From positions 1 to 64,000 of the IMG/VR virus record IMGVR_UViG_3300046008_000242: a DNA stretch of 64,000 bases; one strand, 5' to 3'. The translations under genes were made by a program, and so were the position numbers. Source of the stretch: a virus (lineage: Duplodnaviria; Heunggongvirae; Uroviricota; Caudoviricetes). Of this stretch, positions 1 through 9,585 are shown one piece after another. A model generated the notes under the pieces. That model had not been told where the DNA came from. It ran no database searches and was given only the letters and a program-made list of their open reading frames with translations. How positions within the stretch are numbered: the first letter of the stretch is position 1; each line of letters starts with the position of its first letter.

Positions 1-82
1 TTTGGTCTGTTTCATTGTCGACCTTGGCTAAAAATTCATCACCATTAACCGTTTTGAACGCTTTTACTGTTTTTACTGTCAT
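1..82 (-). CDS. Hypothetical protein, 5' part only (runs off window)
   Basis: ATG at 82, MTVKTVKAFKTVNGDEFLAKVDNETDQ, open to window edge. Confidence 0.55.
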   Translation of the reverse strand, partial: MTVKTVKAFKTVNGDEFLAKVDNETDQ

Positions 83-100
83 AATATATATTCTCAATTA

Positions 101-511
101 TTATTCTGATAGGAATTGTTTGGGTTTGATTTCATTCATCAGACCAATTTGAATCTTTTTGGGTTTCAACTCTTCAGGAATCACCTTTTCCAATAAGATA
201 ATCAAGATACCATTTTCCATGTCAGCCGAGACGACCTTAATGTATTCATGTAATTTGAATTGTCTTTTGAAAGATTTGTTTGAGATACCTTTGAAGTAAT
301 ACTCTTGTTCATCTTTATCCGCCTGGAACGAAATCGTCAATTGATTTTTAGAAAACTCAATGTCAATAGCTTCCTTTGGAATACCAGCCAACGCAATTTC
401 AATCATGGTCTTATCTTCATCAATTTTCTTCAAATTGAAATGAGGATACTGATTGTTTTGAGTGTTGGCAATCTCATTGAACAAAAATAATGGGTCTAGT
501 TTGTGTAACAT
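101..511 (-). CDS. hsp20: Small heat-shock protein Hsp20 (IbpA-like)
   Basis: YPHFNL..IEIALAG..KGISNKSFKRQF..ADMENGILIILLEK..PEE.KPKKIQI alpha-crystallin signature; AAGGAG SD supports ATG at 511 rather than 535. Confidence 0.93.
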   Translation of the reverse strand: MLHKLDPLFLFNEIANTQNNQYPHFNLKKIDEDKTMIEIALAGIPKEAIDIEFSKNQLTISFQADKDEQEYYFKGISNKSFKRQFKLHEYIKVVSADMENGILIILLEKVIPEELKPKKIQIGLMNEIKPKQFLSE

Positions 512-515
512 GTAT

Positions 516-565
516 TTCTCCTTAGAAATAAGCAAGAATTGCGTTTAGAACTGTTCTACAACGCA
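516..565 (-). promoter_or_regulatory. ROSE-like RNA thermometer in hsp20 leader
   Basis: UUCUUGCUUA-UUUC-UAAGGAGAA hairpin pairs UUGCU (bulged G) with the SD; preceded by hairpin 540-565. Confidence 0.65.
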
Positions 566-677
566 GTTAAAATGAAATGAATTCTGGTGACTGTTCCAGA
601 GTCTTCTTATAGTAAAGACAGATGTTATCCTTGAACCACTCACAGATCCTTCTAGATTGATTCATCCTTGTTTTTAT

Positions 678-848
678 TTAGTTCAAAATTTCAATAGAAA
701 CATTTTGAGGTAATACTAAAATTTTATTGTTCGGAAAATTTTCTTTGAATGTTTCCTTATATGATGCAATCAATTCGTTGATTCTCTGTTTTGGTAAATT
801 TTGGGTATCCACCTTCACTACAATAATCGATTCATCTGTTAATTTCAT
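678..848 (-). CDS. Hypothetical protein (56 aa, below ORF-track cutoff)
   Basis: MKLTDESIIVVKVDTQNLPKQR...EILN*; start overlaps stop of upstream ORF. Confidence 0.6.
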   Translation of the reverse strand: MKLTDESIIVVKVDTQNLPKQRINELIASYKETFKENFPNNKILVLPQNVSIEILN

Positions 849-1036
849 ACAAGTTCCAATGAATTGGTTTCATCAATAGATTCAGTTTGTAAATTACTCG
901 GTTGTGAGTTAATTTGAGGAACACCTTGTTCTCTAATAATACCAATCAATTCATGAACTTCTTCAAATGGTCGTTTAGCCAGTGCATCTAATACTTGATT
1001 AACTTGGTCTAATTCTAGTTCTAATTTAATTGTCAT
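845..1036 (-). CDS. Conserved small phage protein
   Basis: IKLELELDQVNQVLDALAKRPFEEVHELI; operon context. Confidence 0.7.
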   Translation of the reverse strand: MTIKLELELDQVNQVLDALAKRPFEEVHELIGIIREQGVPQINSQPSNLQTESIDETNSLELV

Positions 1037-1039
1037 AAT

Positions 1040-1579
1040 TTATCCTAATTCAATAATAAATGGATTTCTAAATACTGATAATTCTTGATACATCATTGAT
1101 TTAATGTTCTTATCCATAACTGATGCGTCATCGATATAAATTCTATCGACAACCAATCCTCGTAAACGATGGTTAATAACTTGTTCCAAAGTAAATACTC
1201 TATCGATTCCTGGATACAACATCTTACGTAATTCTGATGTTCCTACGATAACAATATCATTACCTTGTTTTAATTCAATGATGGTCTTTGATTTATACGT
1301 ACAACGACCAAGATCTAATTTAAGGATTCTATCTCTTAATGTAAATCGATATAGATCGTGTGACGCATTAAACTTCTCTCTTAACAAGATTGATTGTTTA
1401 ACTAGATTCAGATGTTGATTGAATAATGATTGTTCCTCGATGTTATGATTTGAACCAAACAATGCGTCTAACCATTCTGCGTCTTTCTGAATTTCTGAAT
1501 CAAATTCAACGGTGACTTTAGTCATTACATTGACCTCTATTCTGATTATATTTAAACTGGGAATCGATAGAATTTTCAT
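1040..1579 (-). CDS. Hypothetical protein (likely start ~1525)
   Basis: ORF in operon orientation; GAGG SD before MTKVTV. Confidence 0.65.
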   Translation of the reverse strand: MKILSIPSLNIIRIEVNVMTKVTVEFDSEIQKDAEWLDALFGSNHNIEEQSLFNQHLNLVKQSILLREKFNASHDLYRFTLRDRILKLDLGRCTYKSKTIIELKQGNDIVIVGTSELRKMLYPGIDRVFTLEQVINHRLRGLVVDRIYIDDASVMDKNIKSMMYQELSVFRNPFIIELG

Positions 1580-1737
1580 TCAATAATTCATAATAATTTA
1601 ATGCATCTTCAAATTTGGTAAAGAATTGACCAGATGAACTAAACCATACATCTCCATAATATTGAGTAATCATAATTACGTAACTATTATCAACTGACGA
1701 TAATTGTACAAGAAATTTACCAACATCTTTTAACATT

Positions 1738-2208
1738 CTAACCATTACAGACTCCACCGCATTTAATATAAAATGCCAATAATTTATCCATTGGTACTGT
1801 ATGTTGACCGTATCTAGATTTACCAGTTTTTGGATCTGGAAAACTAGCCCAGATATTACAACATTTACCAACGGCGGATTTAATATCACCATTTTCAATA
1901 TCTTGGATAGCCTTACGTTCCTTAATCTGTCTGATGGCAATCTTGTCTTGAGAATCAGGGCTGAAATCTAACAATCCTAATTGACGTTTGTATCCGTCGT
2001 AGTAGCGGGAAAGCAACTGGTAACGTCCAGCAGCACTAGATGATAGAGTTGCGTTTAATTTAATCACCTTTCTTGGATGGTCAGCATATGACTTAAATTG
2101 AGAACCACCTACAATAGTGTTGTACCCTTTGTTTGGGTATCTATCAGTACCTTCCGCATAACTGATTGTATCCAGGAAAGCTCTCATGTTTTTACTAATT
2201 TCACTCAT
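1738..2208 (-). CDS. Endolysin, lambda R-type lysozyme/transglycosylase
   Basis: AFLDTISYAEGT, SSAAGRYQLL, DFSPDSQDKIA, IWASFP motifs. Confidence 0.92.
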   Translation of the reverse strand: MSEISKNMRAFLDTISYAEGTDRYPNKGYNTIVGGSQFKSYADHPRKVIKLNATLSSSAAGRYQLLSRYYDGYKRQLGLLDFSPDSQDKIAIRQIKERKAIQDIENGDIKSAVGKCCNIWASFPDPKTGKSRYGQHTVPMDKLLAFYIKCGGVCNG

Positions 2209-2223
2209 AATATATGTACCTAA

Positions 2224-2625
2224 TTAATGTCTAATACCAATGGTATATTTTGAAGTTAATTTCCATTCTGATTTTTCTTTATGTGAGATAATCTTAATGT
2301 AATTCATATTACATAAATCTAATTTATCTGATGGAATTTTAATCAGATCCCATTCTTCAAGCAATTTTGCTATAGTATTTCGTCGTCTGATGTCATCATA
2401 AACAATGTCTGTATTCCTTCCGTCGAGGAAGAACAATTCCTTGAAATGTACAATGTAATACAAACCTTGTTTATGTAAGATATGACATGATTGGAATAAC
2501 TCTTTATTCCTTTTGGAGGATATACCAATTCTGGTGAGAGTTTCCTTACATTTTAAGAATGATTCTTCATCAATCAATTCAATTTCCAACATGTCCTTTT
2601 TTGAATATCTATATTCATTATCCAT
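2224..2625 (-). CDS. regA: Translational repressor RegA
   Basis: ETLTRIGI..LFQSCHILHKQG.YYIVHFKELF. Confidence 0.96.
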   Translation of the reverse strand: MDNEYRYSKKDMLEIELIDEESFLKCKETLTRIGISSKRNKELFQSCHILHKQGLYYIVHFKELFFLDGRNTDIVYDDIRRRNTIAKLLEEWDLIKIPSDKLDLCNMNYIKIISHKEKSEWKLTSKYTIGIRH

Positions 2626-2665
2626 ATGTAATCCTCAATTTGACGTATATCAAATTATTTAAGGA

Positions 2666-3055
2666 TTATTTCGATTTACCACCAGTTTGCATCTTTTGTC
2701 TGATTACATCAAGTTGTTCTTTTGATAATATAGATAGAGCAGTTTCCGCCTTCTTGAAACTGAATTTATAGTATTCTTGTATCAATTTAATGTCATCTGT
2801 TGTTTCTGTCTTCTTAGTCCATTTTGAGAAGCGTTTCTTCTTCTTGATTGAATGAATAAGAAAGTCATTCACCATATTCTTTGATAGATCTGGTTTAGAA
2901 TTCATCTCATTGGCTTGTAACACTGTATCCATGTAATATGACAATCCTCTAAGAACCATGAACGTAGGAAACGCCTTGATAGATTCATCATCAACCAATA
3001 GATCTTCCTTAGTGTTATTGATAGCATCTAAAAAATCAAATAATCCTGTAGCCAT
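2666..3055 (-). CDS. 62: Clamp loader small subunit gp62
   Basis: LFDFLDAIN, KKRFSKW, IQEYY motifs; between regA and gp44. Confidence 0.92.
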   Translation of the reverse strand: MATGLFDFLDAINNTKEDLLVDDESIKAFPTFMVLRGLSYYMDTVLQANEMNSKPDLSKNMVNDFLIHSIKKKKRFSKWTKKTETTDDIKLIQEYYKFSFKKAETALSILSKEQLDVIRQKMQTGGKSK

Positions 3056-3063
3056 ATAATTCC

Positions 3064-3315
3064 TTATGCATAATAGATAATATGGTCATCATATTCTCGT
3101 TCAATTTTTTCAACCAATTCATCCACGTTTGATGCGTCAGCTAAGAATTTTGTTGAACGAATTTCATATGCATAAAATTTATCATCTTCAAATTCAATCA
3201 CAACAAACAATTCTTTCTCAAGTTCTGATGAGTTTTCTTGTCTGATGTATGAACCATTGAAGTATCCAAACATATATGCCGATAAGATCCAACAGATAAA
3301 GTTAATTATTTCCAT
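3064..3315 (-). CDS. Hypothetical membrane-anchored protein
   Basis: N-terminal hydrophobic segment; operon context. Confidence 0.6.
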   Translation of the reverse strand: MEIINFICWILSAYMFGYFNGSYIRQENSSELEKELFVVIEFEDDKFYAYEIRSTKFLADASNVDELVEKIEREYDDHIIYYA

Positions 3316-3323
3316 TTATTCCT

Positions 3324-4277
3324 CTATTTGAATTGACAAGAACTCATGATTTCAACCATTGATGCCATAAGATTTAACTCACCATCAGCAACAAACGCAG
3401 CCTTATGTTGATAATCCGCCAGAATTAAAATCAACTGTGGAATTGATTGAGGTTCGAAATATGTTGATGCATTATCATAGAAATCTCTAAACAACGTAGT
3501 TGAATCCACGTCATTAGAACCAACCCATTTTCTAACTCCGGTGAAGTTTTTTGCTTTCAATAGACTCGTTAATTCTTTATATGAATCGGCAGATTGATTT
3601 AAAAGAATTCCTGTGTCAATTTTACCAGAAGACGAATATCGTTGGAGTTCATTCAACACTCTTCTGAAATCAGGGAAATGTTTAGTCACCAATTCTGCTA
3701 CAACCTTGGGGTCAAACTCAATTTGTTCTTGTTTAAGAATTTCAGTAGTTCGTTTGAAGAATTGAGCAGCCATTGTTTGCTTCTCATCTTTTTCAATTTT
3801 GAAATCAACACAGACGCATCTCGAATGGAGCGGTTCAATTATTTTATTTTTATAATTTGCGGTTAATATGAATCTACAATTGTTTGAAAATTGCTCCATA
3901 AAGTTACGCATGGCAGGTTGAGTTGAATTTGCGTTAAGATAATCTGCTTCATCAAGAATAACAACTTTGATGCCGTCACCAAAACTAACTGTACTGGCAA
4001 ATTGTAAAATTTCATTACGTAAGATATCGATATTACCATTCATGGAAGCATTAATTTCTAATACTTCCGCTCCAATTTCATTACATAATGCCTTTGCAAT
4101 AGTTGTTTTACCAACGCCTGCACCACCACTTAGTAACATATGAGGAATTTGTCCTTTTGAAAACATATCTTTGAAATCTTTTTTGAGACGTTCCGGTAAG
4201 ATACATTCATCGATATTCATTGGTCTATATTTCTGAACCCATAAAAACTCATCTTCATTTTTTGATAAATCACTCAT
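3324..4277 (-). CDS. 44: Clamp loader large subunit gp44 (AAA+)
   Basis: LWVQKYRP, GGAGVGKTT Walker A, ILDEAD, LHSRC. Confidence 0.96.
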   Translation of the reverse strand: MSDLSKNEDEFLWVQKYRPMNIDECILPERLKKDFKDMFSKGQIPHMLLSGGAGVGKTTIAKALCNEIGAEVLEINASMNGNIDILRNEILQFASTVSFGDGIKVVILDEADYLNANSTQPAMRNFMEQFSNNCRFILTANYKNKIIEPLHSRCVCVDFKIEKDEKQTMAAQFFKRTTEILKQEQIEFDPKVVAELVTKHFPDFRRVLNELQRYSSSGKIDTGILLNQSADSYKELTSLLKAKNFTGVRKWVGSNDVDSTTLFRDFYDNASTYFEPQSIPQLILILADYQHKAAFVADGELNLMASMVEIMSSCQFK

Positions 4278-4356
4278 TCATTTCTCCATGACAAAATAAT
4301 GGAGAACAACTTTTACATTGTTCTCCTCAATATATTCTAACTAAAAAATTCTTGTG

Positions 4357-5019
4357 TTAAATAGAGATTAAACTATCTGCCTCAATAGCTACGTAAAAAT
4401 GAATTGGTTTAGATGCATGTTGGAATTTAGAGATTTTCTTACTTGAGATAAACACGTTGTAATCACCAGAGAACAATTTCAACAATTCCACTTTAAGATT
4501 GACCGTGAATGTTTTATCAGTTTCGCCAATTTCAGTTGAATAAGAATTGGCAGATGATACTTTCTTATTACCGATAACCAATGTAATTGTTGAACCATCA
4601 CCGACAAACGAGATATCCGCCACTTTCAATACAGATGCAGTTTTATGGATAACATCAATTTGACTTGCTGGTAAATGGAATTCAATTTCTGGTTCAGGGA
4701 ATTTGATTTCTTTAGTTGGGAATGTTAATACATTTTCTTCTGCAGAGTAGTATTTGATACTATTTTTGCCTTCTTTGATATGTACAAATTTATCATTGAA
4801 TTCTAATTCAGGATCACCGAACAATGATAATGCACCTAAGAATTCATTTACGTCATAGATACCGAATTGTACAGGAAATTCTTCTTGTACAGAAGCATCT
4901 GACATAATGTTTTTTGCTGTTGAGATAGTAGAAAGAGTGCTACCAGCTTTGATTAACAAGTTGCTGTTAATCGATGCGTAGTTTTTTAAGATTGATTTTG
5001 TTTCTGCAGATAATTTCAT
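4357..5019 (-). CDS. 45: Sliding clamp gp45
   Basis: MKLS.ET..ILKNYASIN, FGIYDVNEFL, YVAIEADS. Confidence 0.95.
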   Translation of the reverse strand: MKLSAETKSILKNYASINSNLLIKAGSTLSTISTAKNIMSDASVQEEFPVQFGIYDVNEFLGALSLFGDPELEFNDKFVHIKEGKNSIKYYSAEENVLTFPTKEIKFPEPEIEFHLPASQIDVIHKTASVLKVADISFVGDGSTITLVIGNKKVSSANSYSTEIGETDKTFTVNLKVELLKLFSGDYNVFISSKKISKFQHASKPIHFYVAIEADSLISI

Positions 5020-5155
5020 TTTTTAATTCCAATAATATAGTTCAAATTGTTGTACATGTTCTTTCAAATGTTTTTGTAGAGAACATTGAAACTCTTAATC
5101 ATTATATACTAAAAGTGTAAGAAGGTCAAATCTTATTTTTAACATATGGTAATTC
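4985..5155. repeat. Direct duplication, copy 1 (gp45 5' end + intergenic + 3' end of DUF5664-like gene)
   Basis: 4985-5062 matches 6462-6539 (77/78); 5064-5086 matches 6670-6692 with 1 mismatch; 5118-5155 identical to 6840-6877. Confidence 0.95.
5101..5129 (-). promoter_or_regulatory. Sigma70-type promoter for gp45 operon
   Basis: TTGACC-N17-TATAAT on minus strand. Confidence 0.7.
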
Positions 5156-5317
5156 ATGTTATTTGTTGTATTCTCAAATTTTCATCATTCGAACGTAGTT
5201 AATGTAATCCGACTTAACGATTCATTAATATATCTTATTAACATGATTAAACTAAATAAAAATGACAACCGCGAAGTCCACACTTCCGTTGTCTCTAATC
5301 AAACTCACAGGAATTTT

Positions 5318-6355
5318 ATGACCAGCAATAATACATATATCGATAAAATAATCGAATTATCTAACGACAGTCCTCAAACAGCAGAGTACATTCTAATCGT
5401 ATCTAATGCCAGAATCAGAGCATCCACTAAAAAAGAATCAAAGATAATTTTAGGATACACAGAAGAACACCATATATTACCTAGATCATTTAAGATGGGT
5501 GGAGAAACGGATAAATTGAATTATGCATATCTATCTGCAAGAGAACATTACAGATGCCATCAATTGTTAATAGAGATGGGATTAAAACGTAATTTACACG
5601 CTAAGATGATTCAGGCCTTCGGATTGTTATGTACGGATGGTAAACATAAATTTATCACCGAAGAAGAATATCAAGAGTTGAATATATTACTAAGCATTCA
5701 TCATCATATGAAAAATCCAGAATTAAGAGAACAATATTTTAAGAAAACTGGATATTATACCCCATCTCAAAATCCAGAATGTAAAGAAAAGAAGAAACGC
5801 ACCAATTTTAAGAAAACTGGATTCATTAGTAATTTGGCTAATCCAGAATTAAGAGAACAATATTCTCAAAATTATTTGGAGGAAACCGGATATACACATA
5901 ATATGAAAAATCCAGAATGTAAAGAAATGATGAAACATAACTTGGAAATAAAATTTACTAGACCATTAGTTCTACAAATTCAACAAGATATAGAAAAATA
6001 TAATGTCATCGATCCAAGAAAAATTATGGGAATTAATTCCACTGATTGGAGGCAAGCCGATAATGGAAAACTATATGAAGGTTCTATCAAGTTCTATAAA
6101 CATTTAGATGAGCGTAAAATTAAGATAAAAGAGTACGAATGTAGGATAAACGAGATTAATTCCGCATTTAAATCAATAGATGATAAACAATCCTTGATTT
6201 CATGTATCTTAGAAATCAAGGATTTTTATAACATAAAAAATCATACTGTTATAATGGGAACGCGTAGAAACTGGAAGAGATTAAATGTGATAGAATTAAA
6301 AATTGCATTAGAAAAGATATTACAACATACTGTTGATAAATTCTATATCAATTAG
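5318..6355 (+). CDS. HNH-type homing endonuclease
   Basis: YTEEHHILPRSF.MGG....LN...LSAREHYRCHQLL; repeated NPE/KKTG DNA-binding motifs; AGGA SD before ATG 5318; only convincing plus-strand gene in window. Confidence 0.88.
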   Translation: MTSNNTYIDKIIELSNDSPQTAEYILIVSNARIRASTKKESKIILGYTEEHHILPRSFKMGGETDKLNYAYLSAREHYRCHQLLIEMGLKRNLHAKMIQAFGLLCTDGKHKFITEEEYQELNILLSIHHHMKNPELREQYFKKTGYYTPSQNPECKEKKKRTNFKKTGFISNLANPELREQYSQNYLEETGYTHNMKNPECKEMMKHNLEIKFTRPLVLQIQQDIEKYNVIDPRKIMGINSTDWRQADNGKLYEGSIKFYKHLDERKIKIKEYECRINEINSAFKSIDDKQSLISCILEIKDFYNIKNHTVIMGTRRNWKRLNVIELKIALEKILQHTVDKFYIN

Positions 6356-6461
6356 ATTCACAATTACGATATTTCTATAAAATTCATCTCAATTTCATTA
6401 ATCTGTTCCATTTTATGTTGTCTTACGTTAAAATAATCAAGAAGATTTATTTGTAGGACAC

Positions 6462-6877
6462 TTTAAGATTGATTTTGTTTCTGCAGATAATTTCATTTTT
6501 TAATTCCAATAATATAGTTCAAAGTGTTGTACATGTTCTATTAAGAGTTATTTGTGCGTCGAGAGGAACTCGAATCCCCAACCTATTTATTATGAGTAAA
6601 TTTCACTAACCAATTGTGATATCGACGCACAAATAACTCTTTCAAGATTACATATACAGAATAATAAATGTCAAATGTTTTTATAGAGAACATATTATAA
6701 ACTCTTATGATAATCTAGAAAAACATAAATTATATTCTGGTTCTCGTGCGAAATAAACTTGACTCATCGCTGCATATAAAAATATGAGGTTTGCCTCTTT
6801 TACTCATCTACCAGAATATACAATTATATATTAAAAATTTAAGAAGGTCAAATCTTATTTTTAACATATGGTAATTC
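6462..6877. repeat. Direct duplication, copy 2 (contains tRNA insertion)
   Basis: See copy 1; includes truncated gp45 start MKLSAETKSILK then diverges. Confidence 0.9.
6555..6628 (-). tRNA. tRNA with CAT anticodon (elongator Met or Ile2); CCA not encoded
   Basis: Cloverleaf: GCGTCGA/TCGACGC acceptor, TCAC/GTGA D-stem, ATTTA-CTCATAA-TAAAT anticodon arm, GGGGA-TTCGAGT-TCCTC T-arm; TTGACA promoter box upstream. Confidence 0.9.
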
Positions 6878-7210
6878 GTTTAGGAACATAAGACAACATA
6901 TTCCGTGTACCAAATGCGATAATCCTGTTTCAGAATCAACAAGTTCGCCGCGTTTCCAAGCCCATATATGACGTTGTGCAGCATCAAAGTAACGCCGTTC
7001 TCCACCCTCCACATACTTCCAATTTTCTCTATCGTACTTCCTTGAACCGTACGTCAATACCTTGGCAACTTCATCTAATGTAATCGGAGGTAACAATCCA
7101 TATTCATTTTTGCCGACATCAAACTTTCTACCAATGGTGTTATCAACTTTTAACACCGTTGATTGCATGCCTTCAATTTGTTCTTTTGTTAGATTATTGA
7201 TTTGTTCCAA
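6848..7210 (-). CDS. DUF5664-like dATP/dGTP diphosphohydrolase-domain protein
   Basis: GRKFD.GK..Y.LLP, VLTYGSRKY..NW, AAQRH, DSETGLSHL.H motifs. Confidence 0.85.
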   Translation of the reverse strand: MEQINNLTKEQIEGMQSTVLKVDNTIGRKFDVGKNEYGLLPPITLDEVAKVLTYGSRKYDRENWKYVEGGERRYFDAAQRHIWAWKRGELVDSETGLSHLVHGICCLMFLNELPYVKNKI

Positions 7211-7433
7211 CTTTTGCTCCTTTAATAATTTGGATATCGCCTGTTAATACATTTTGGTAAGCCATACCATATTCAACAAATTTATCTGGTTCCATATTAG
7301 ATAATCCTAATGACAATCGATTAACAGGTTCGTCATAGAATTCAATTTTACCTAGATTGGTTTCATGATTAGCAATTCTTCTGGTATCACGATTGTTAAT
7401 AGATTCAAATAAATCTAACATTTTCTGATTCAT
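7194..7433 (-). CDS. Hypothetical protein
   Basis: Packed minus-strand ORF. Confidence 0.6.
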   Translation of the reverse strand: MNQKMLDLFESINNRDTRRIANHETNLGKIEFYDEPVNRLSLGLSNMEPDKFVEYGMAYQNVLTGDIQIIKGAKVGTNQ

Positions 7434-7436
7434 ATT

Positions 7437-7670
7437 CTATTCCTCAATTTGTCCATGATATACAGAAATTTTAATTTTATCGCCATAATTGATTCTTCTC
7501 ATGTAACATCGTTTAACACGTTTCAAATCAATTCTGATTTTCTTCTTTGCAGGAAATCTTGGTTTCTTAATTGGGTGAGTTCCGAAAACAAATTCTAATG
7601 ATGGATGTTGTAATACATTTGATGGCATGGTAAGTTCCTCTTTAGTTTGAAATAAATTTAGATTGACCAA
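7437..7670 (-). CDS. Hypothetical basic protein (likely start MPSN)
   Basis: GAGG SD before internal ATG; packed ORF. Confidence 0.55.
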   Translation of the reverse strand: MVNLNLFQTKEELTMPSNVLQHPSLEFVFGTHPIKKPRFPAKKKIRIDLKRVKRCYMRRINYGDKIKISVYHGQIEE

Positions 7671-8247
7671 TATATACAGTACATGATAAAGAATTCACTC
7701 TTACGATTCCTTCTTCGCGCAATTCATGTATGTTTAACTGTTCCATAAAATCTTGTTTGTAACTTGAGTAAATGTTATCAAACGACGGATATGATTTGAA
7801 TACATTATCAATTCTTGATTCGTTTTCATTGTCAAATTTAGTCATTAATACATAACAAATTCTTTCTGGATTGTTTAATGAATTGTTATATCCATTCAAT
7901 ATATGTGCAACAGAATGGACATGTTCATTTGGGACAAACACTTCGAAATCTTCATGGACAATTTCAATATGTTTATTAGATTTGTATACATTTATATTGG
8001 TATAACATTCCAAAGTGATTTTATTGTTTTCATAAACATCATATTTAGTGACACCAGAACCTAATGTTGCAACCCAACTATGATTGGTTAAGTCCACTTG
8101 TTCTTTCCATTTAGGGTTTGTTCCGATGTACATAATCTTATTGGAGATTATATTACGAACAAACACTTCATATCCTTTAGATTCAAATACAGAAACATCT
8201 TGTTCCTTCTTGAACTCTTCAAACAATTCATCTAATATATTTGGCAT
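7642..8247 (-). CDS. Hypothetical protein
   Basis: GAGG SD and upstream TTTACT-N17-TAGAAT promoter. Confidence 0.7.
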   Translation of the reverse strand: MPNILDELFEEFKKEQDVSVFESKGYEVFVRNIISNKIMYIGTNPKWKEQVDLTNHSWVATLGSGVTKYDVYENNKITLECYTNINVYKSNKHIEIVHEDFEVFVPNEHVHSVAHILNGYNNSLNNPERICYVLMTKFDNENESRIDNVFKSYPSFDNIYSSYKQDFMEQLNIHELREEGIVRVNSLSCTVYIGQSKFISN

Positions 8248-8293
8248 ATCAACCTCTTGTTAAGTTTAAACAACAAATCTATTCTACTGTAAA

Positions 8294-8698
8294 TCATTTA
8301 GAAAGTAAAGTCTTAATTTCATGAATGAAGACATCTAAATGGTTCTTTGGTATCTCTACTCCGTTACCGCTTGATTCATGGGTAATCAATAAAGTTTCTT
8401 CATTTGGTGAATTGTATATTTGGTAACTATCATAAGTCGTTCTTAATTTAACATAATTACTCTTCCTGTATATTGAAACGTTTTCAACACCTAGTCGTTC
8501 AAATTCATTTACCAGTAAGATTTCAGATTTAATATCCGAAGGTACAATTTCAATATAGACCAGTCCTTTGAAATATCCAACATCCTTATCTTTGTATCTT
8601 ATTACATTGGGATCGTTTTGATTGAATGAATAATGTAATGTTATATCTTTACATTTATCTAATTCAAGAGCAGATACAACAATCTTATCGCAAGTCAT
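8294..8698 (-). CDS. Hypothetical protein
   Basis: Packed minus-strand ORF with AGGA SD. Confidence 0.65.
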   Translation of the reverse strand: MTCDKIVVSALELDKCKDITLHYSFNQNDPNVIRYKDKDVGYFKGLVYIEIVPSDIKSEILLVNEFERLGVENVSIYRKSNYVKLRTTYDSYQIYNSPNEETLLITHESSGNGVEIPKNHLDVFIHEIKTLLSK

Positions 8699-8844
8699 CG
8701 TCTAATCCTTCTAATACGCCAGCACACGATAAACCAACAGAACAAAGGATAATTGCATAAAATTGCCAATGGTAATAAGCTGATTCTTGGAACATAGTGG
8801 ATAATGTATATGATATTGTGGCGATAAAGAACAATTCGGCTATC

Positions 8845-9120
8845 TTATAACTTTTCATAAAATTCCCTTACAATAATTGTTTTGAGTTTGACATGGATTG
8901 TTTCGATCATGTCTAACATATGTTCTTCAGTCCATTCATACAGCCATTTAAAAGGAGAACAAAATAATATCGCCAAGAATGATGCAAATGCCATCGGAGA
9001 TATAATTAAAATGTAACAGATGAAATATGTTAGATATTCAAGTTTTCTTCTCATGTTAATGTTACTCGAATTTAATGTTATTGTCATTAAGATACTGTAA
9101 TAATTTACATACAGATTCAT
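8845..9120 (-). CDS. Hypothetical membrane protein
   Basis: Long hydrophobic stretch; true start probably MRRKLEY. Confidence 0.5.
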   Translation of the reverse strand: MNLYVNYYSILMTITLNSSNINMRRKLEYLTYFICYILIISPMAFASFLAILFCSPFKWLYEWTEEHMLDMIETIHVKLKTIIVREFYEKL

Positions 9121-9325
9121 CTTTACGAAATCTAATCATGTAAAAATTAACTTCATTACCATCAGAATCTTCTTCGATACCAACATATTCTTTAGAACCA
9201 TCAGGAAATGTTAATACATTAGTTGGGACACCTTGTAACGTTTCACCATTAGATAAGATGACGCCATAATCTAAGGTTTGTTGCTTGTTGAATTTCAATA
9301 ATAACATTATTTTTCCTCCACACAT
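9062..9325 (-). CDS. Hypothetical protein
   Basis: GGAGG SD before MLLLKF. Confidence 0.6.
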   Translation of the reverse strand: MCGGKIMLLLKFNKQQTLDYGVILSNGETLQGVPTNVLTFPDGSKEYVGIEEDSDGNEVNFYMIRFRKDESVCKLLQYLNDNNIKFE

Positions 9326-9507
9326 TTAATATAACTGATAGAACGTTGAAATTTATTCGACATTCCTTTGTTCCAACTAGATACCTTACGTTGGACGGAC
9401 GACAACTCTGTTTTACATTCAGATAACTTATTAAAATGTTTAATGTTGACAACAGTTGTTTGTTGAGTCAATACATTTATGATGATGTATATTAGAGCGA
9501 TTTTCAT
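9307..9507 (-). CDS. Hypothetical small exported protein
   Basis: GAGG SD, hydrophobic N-terminus, two Cys; early-type promoter upstream. Confidence 0.6.
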   Translation of the reverse strand: MKIALIYIIINVLTQQTTVVNIKHFNKLSECKTELSSVQRKVSSWNKGMSNKFQRSISYIKCVEEK

Positions 9508-9585
9508 GTTAACCTCATTTGTTTCGTTAATGATGGGATAATTCTAAATGTAATTTGTATCTTAATAAAGGAATAAGTCCTGTAT

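Noticed and set aside
1518-1940. 140-aa ORF as listed
   Set aside because: Its 5' half overlaps the lysozyme gene in another frame; only a short 3' portion is plausibly coding.
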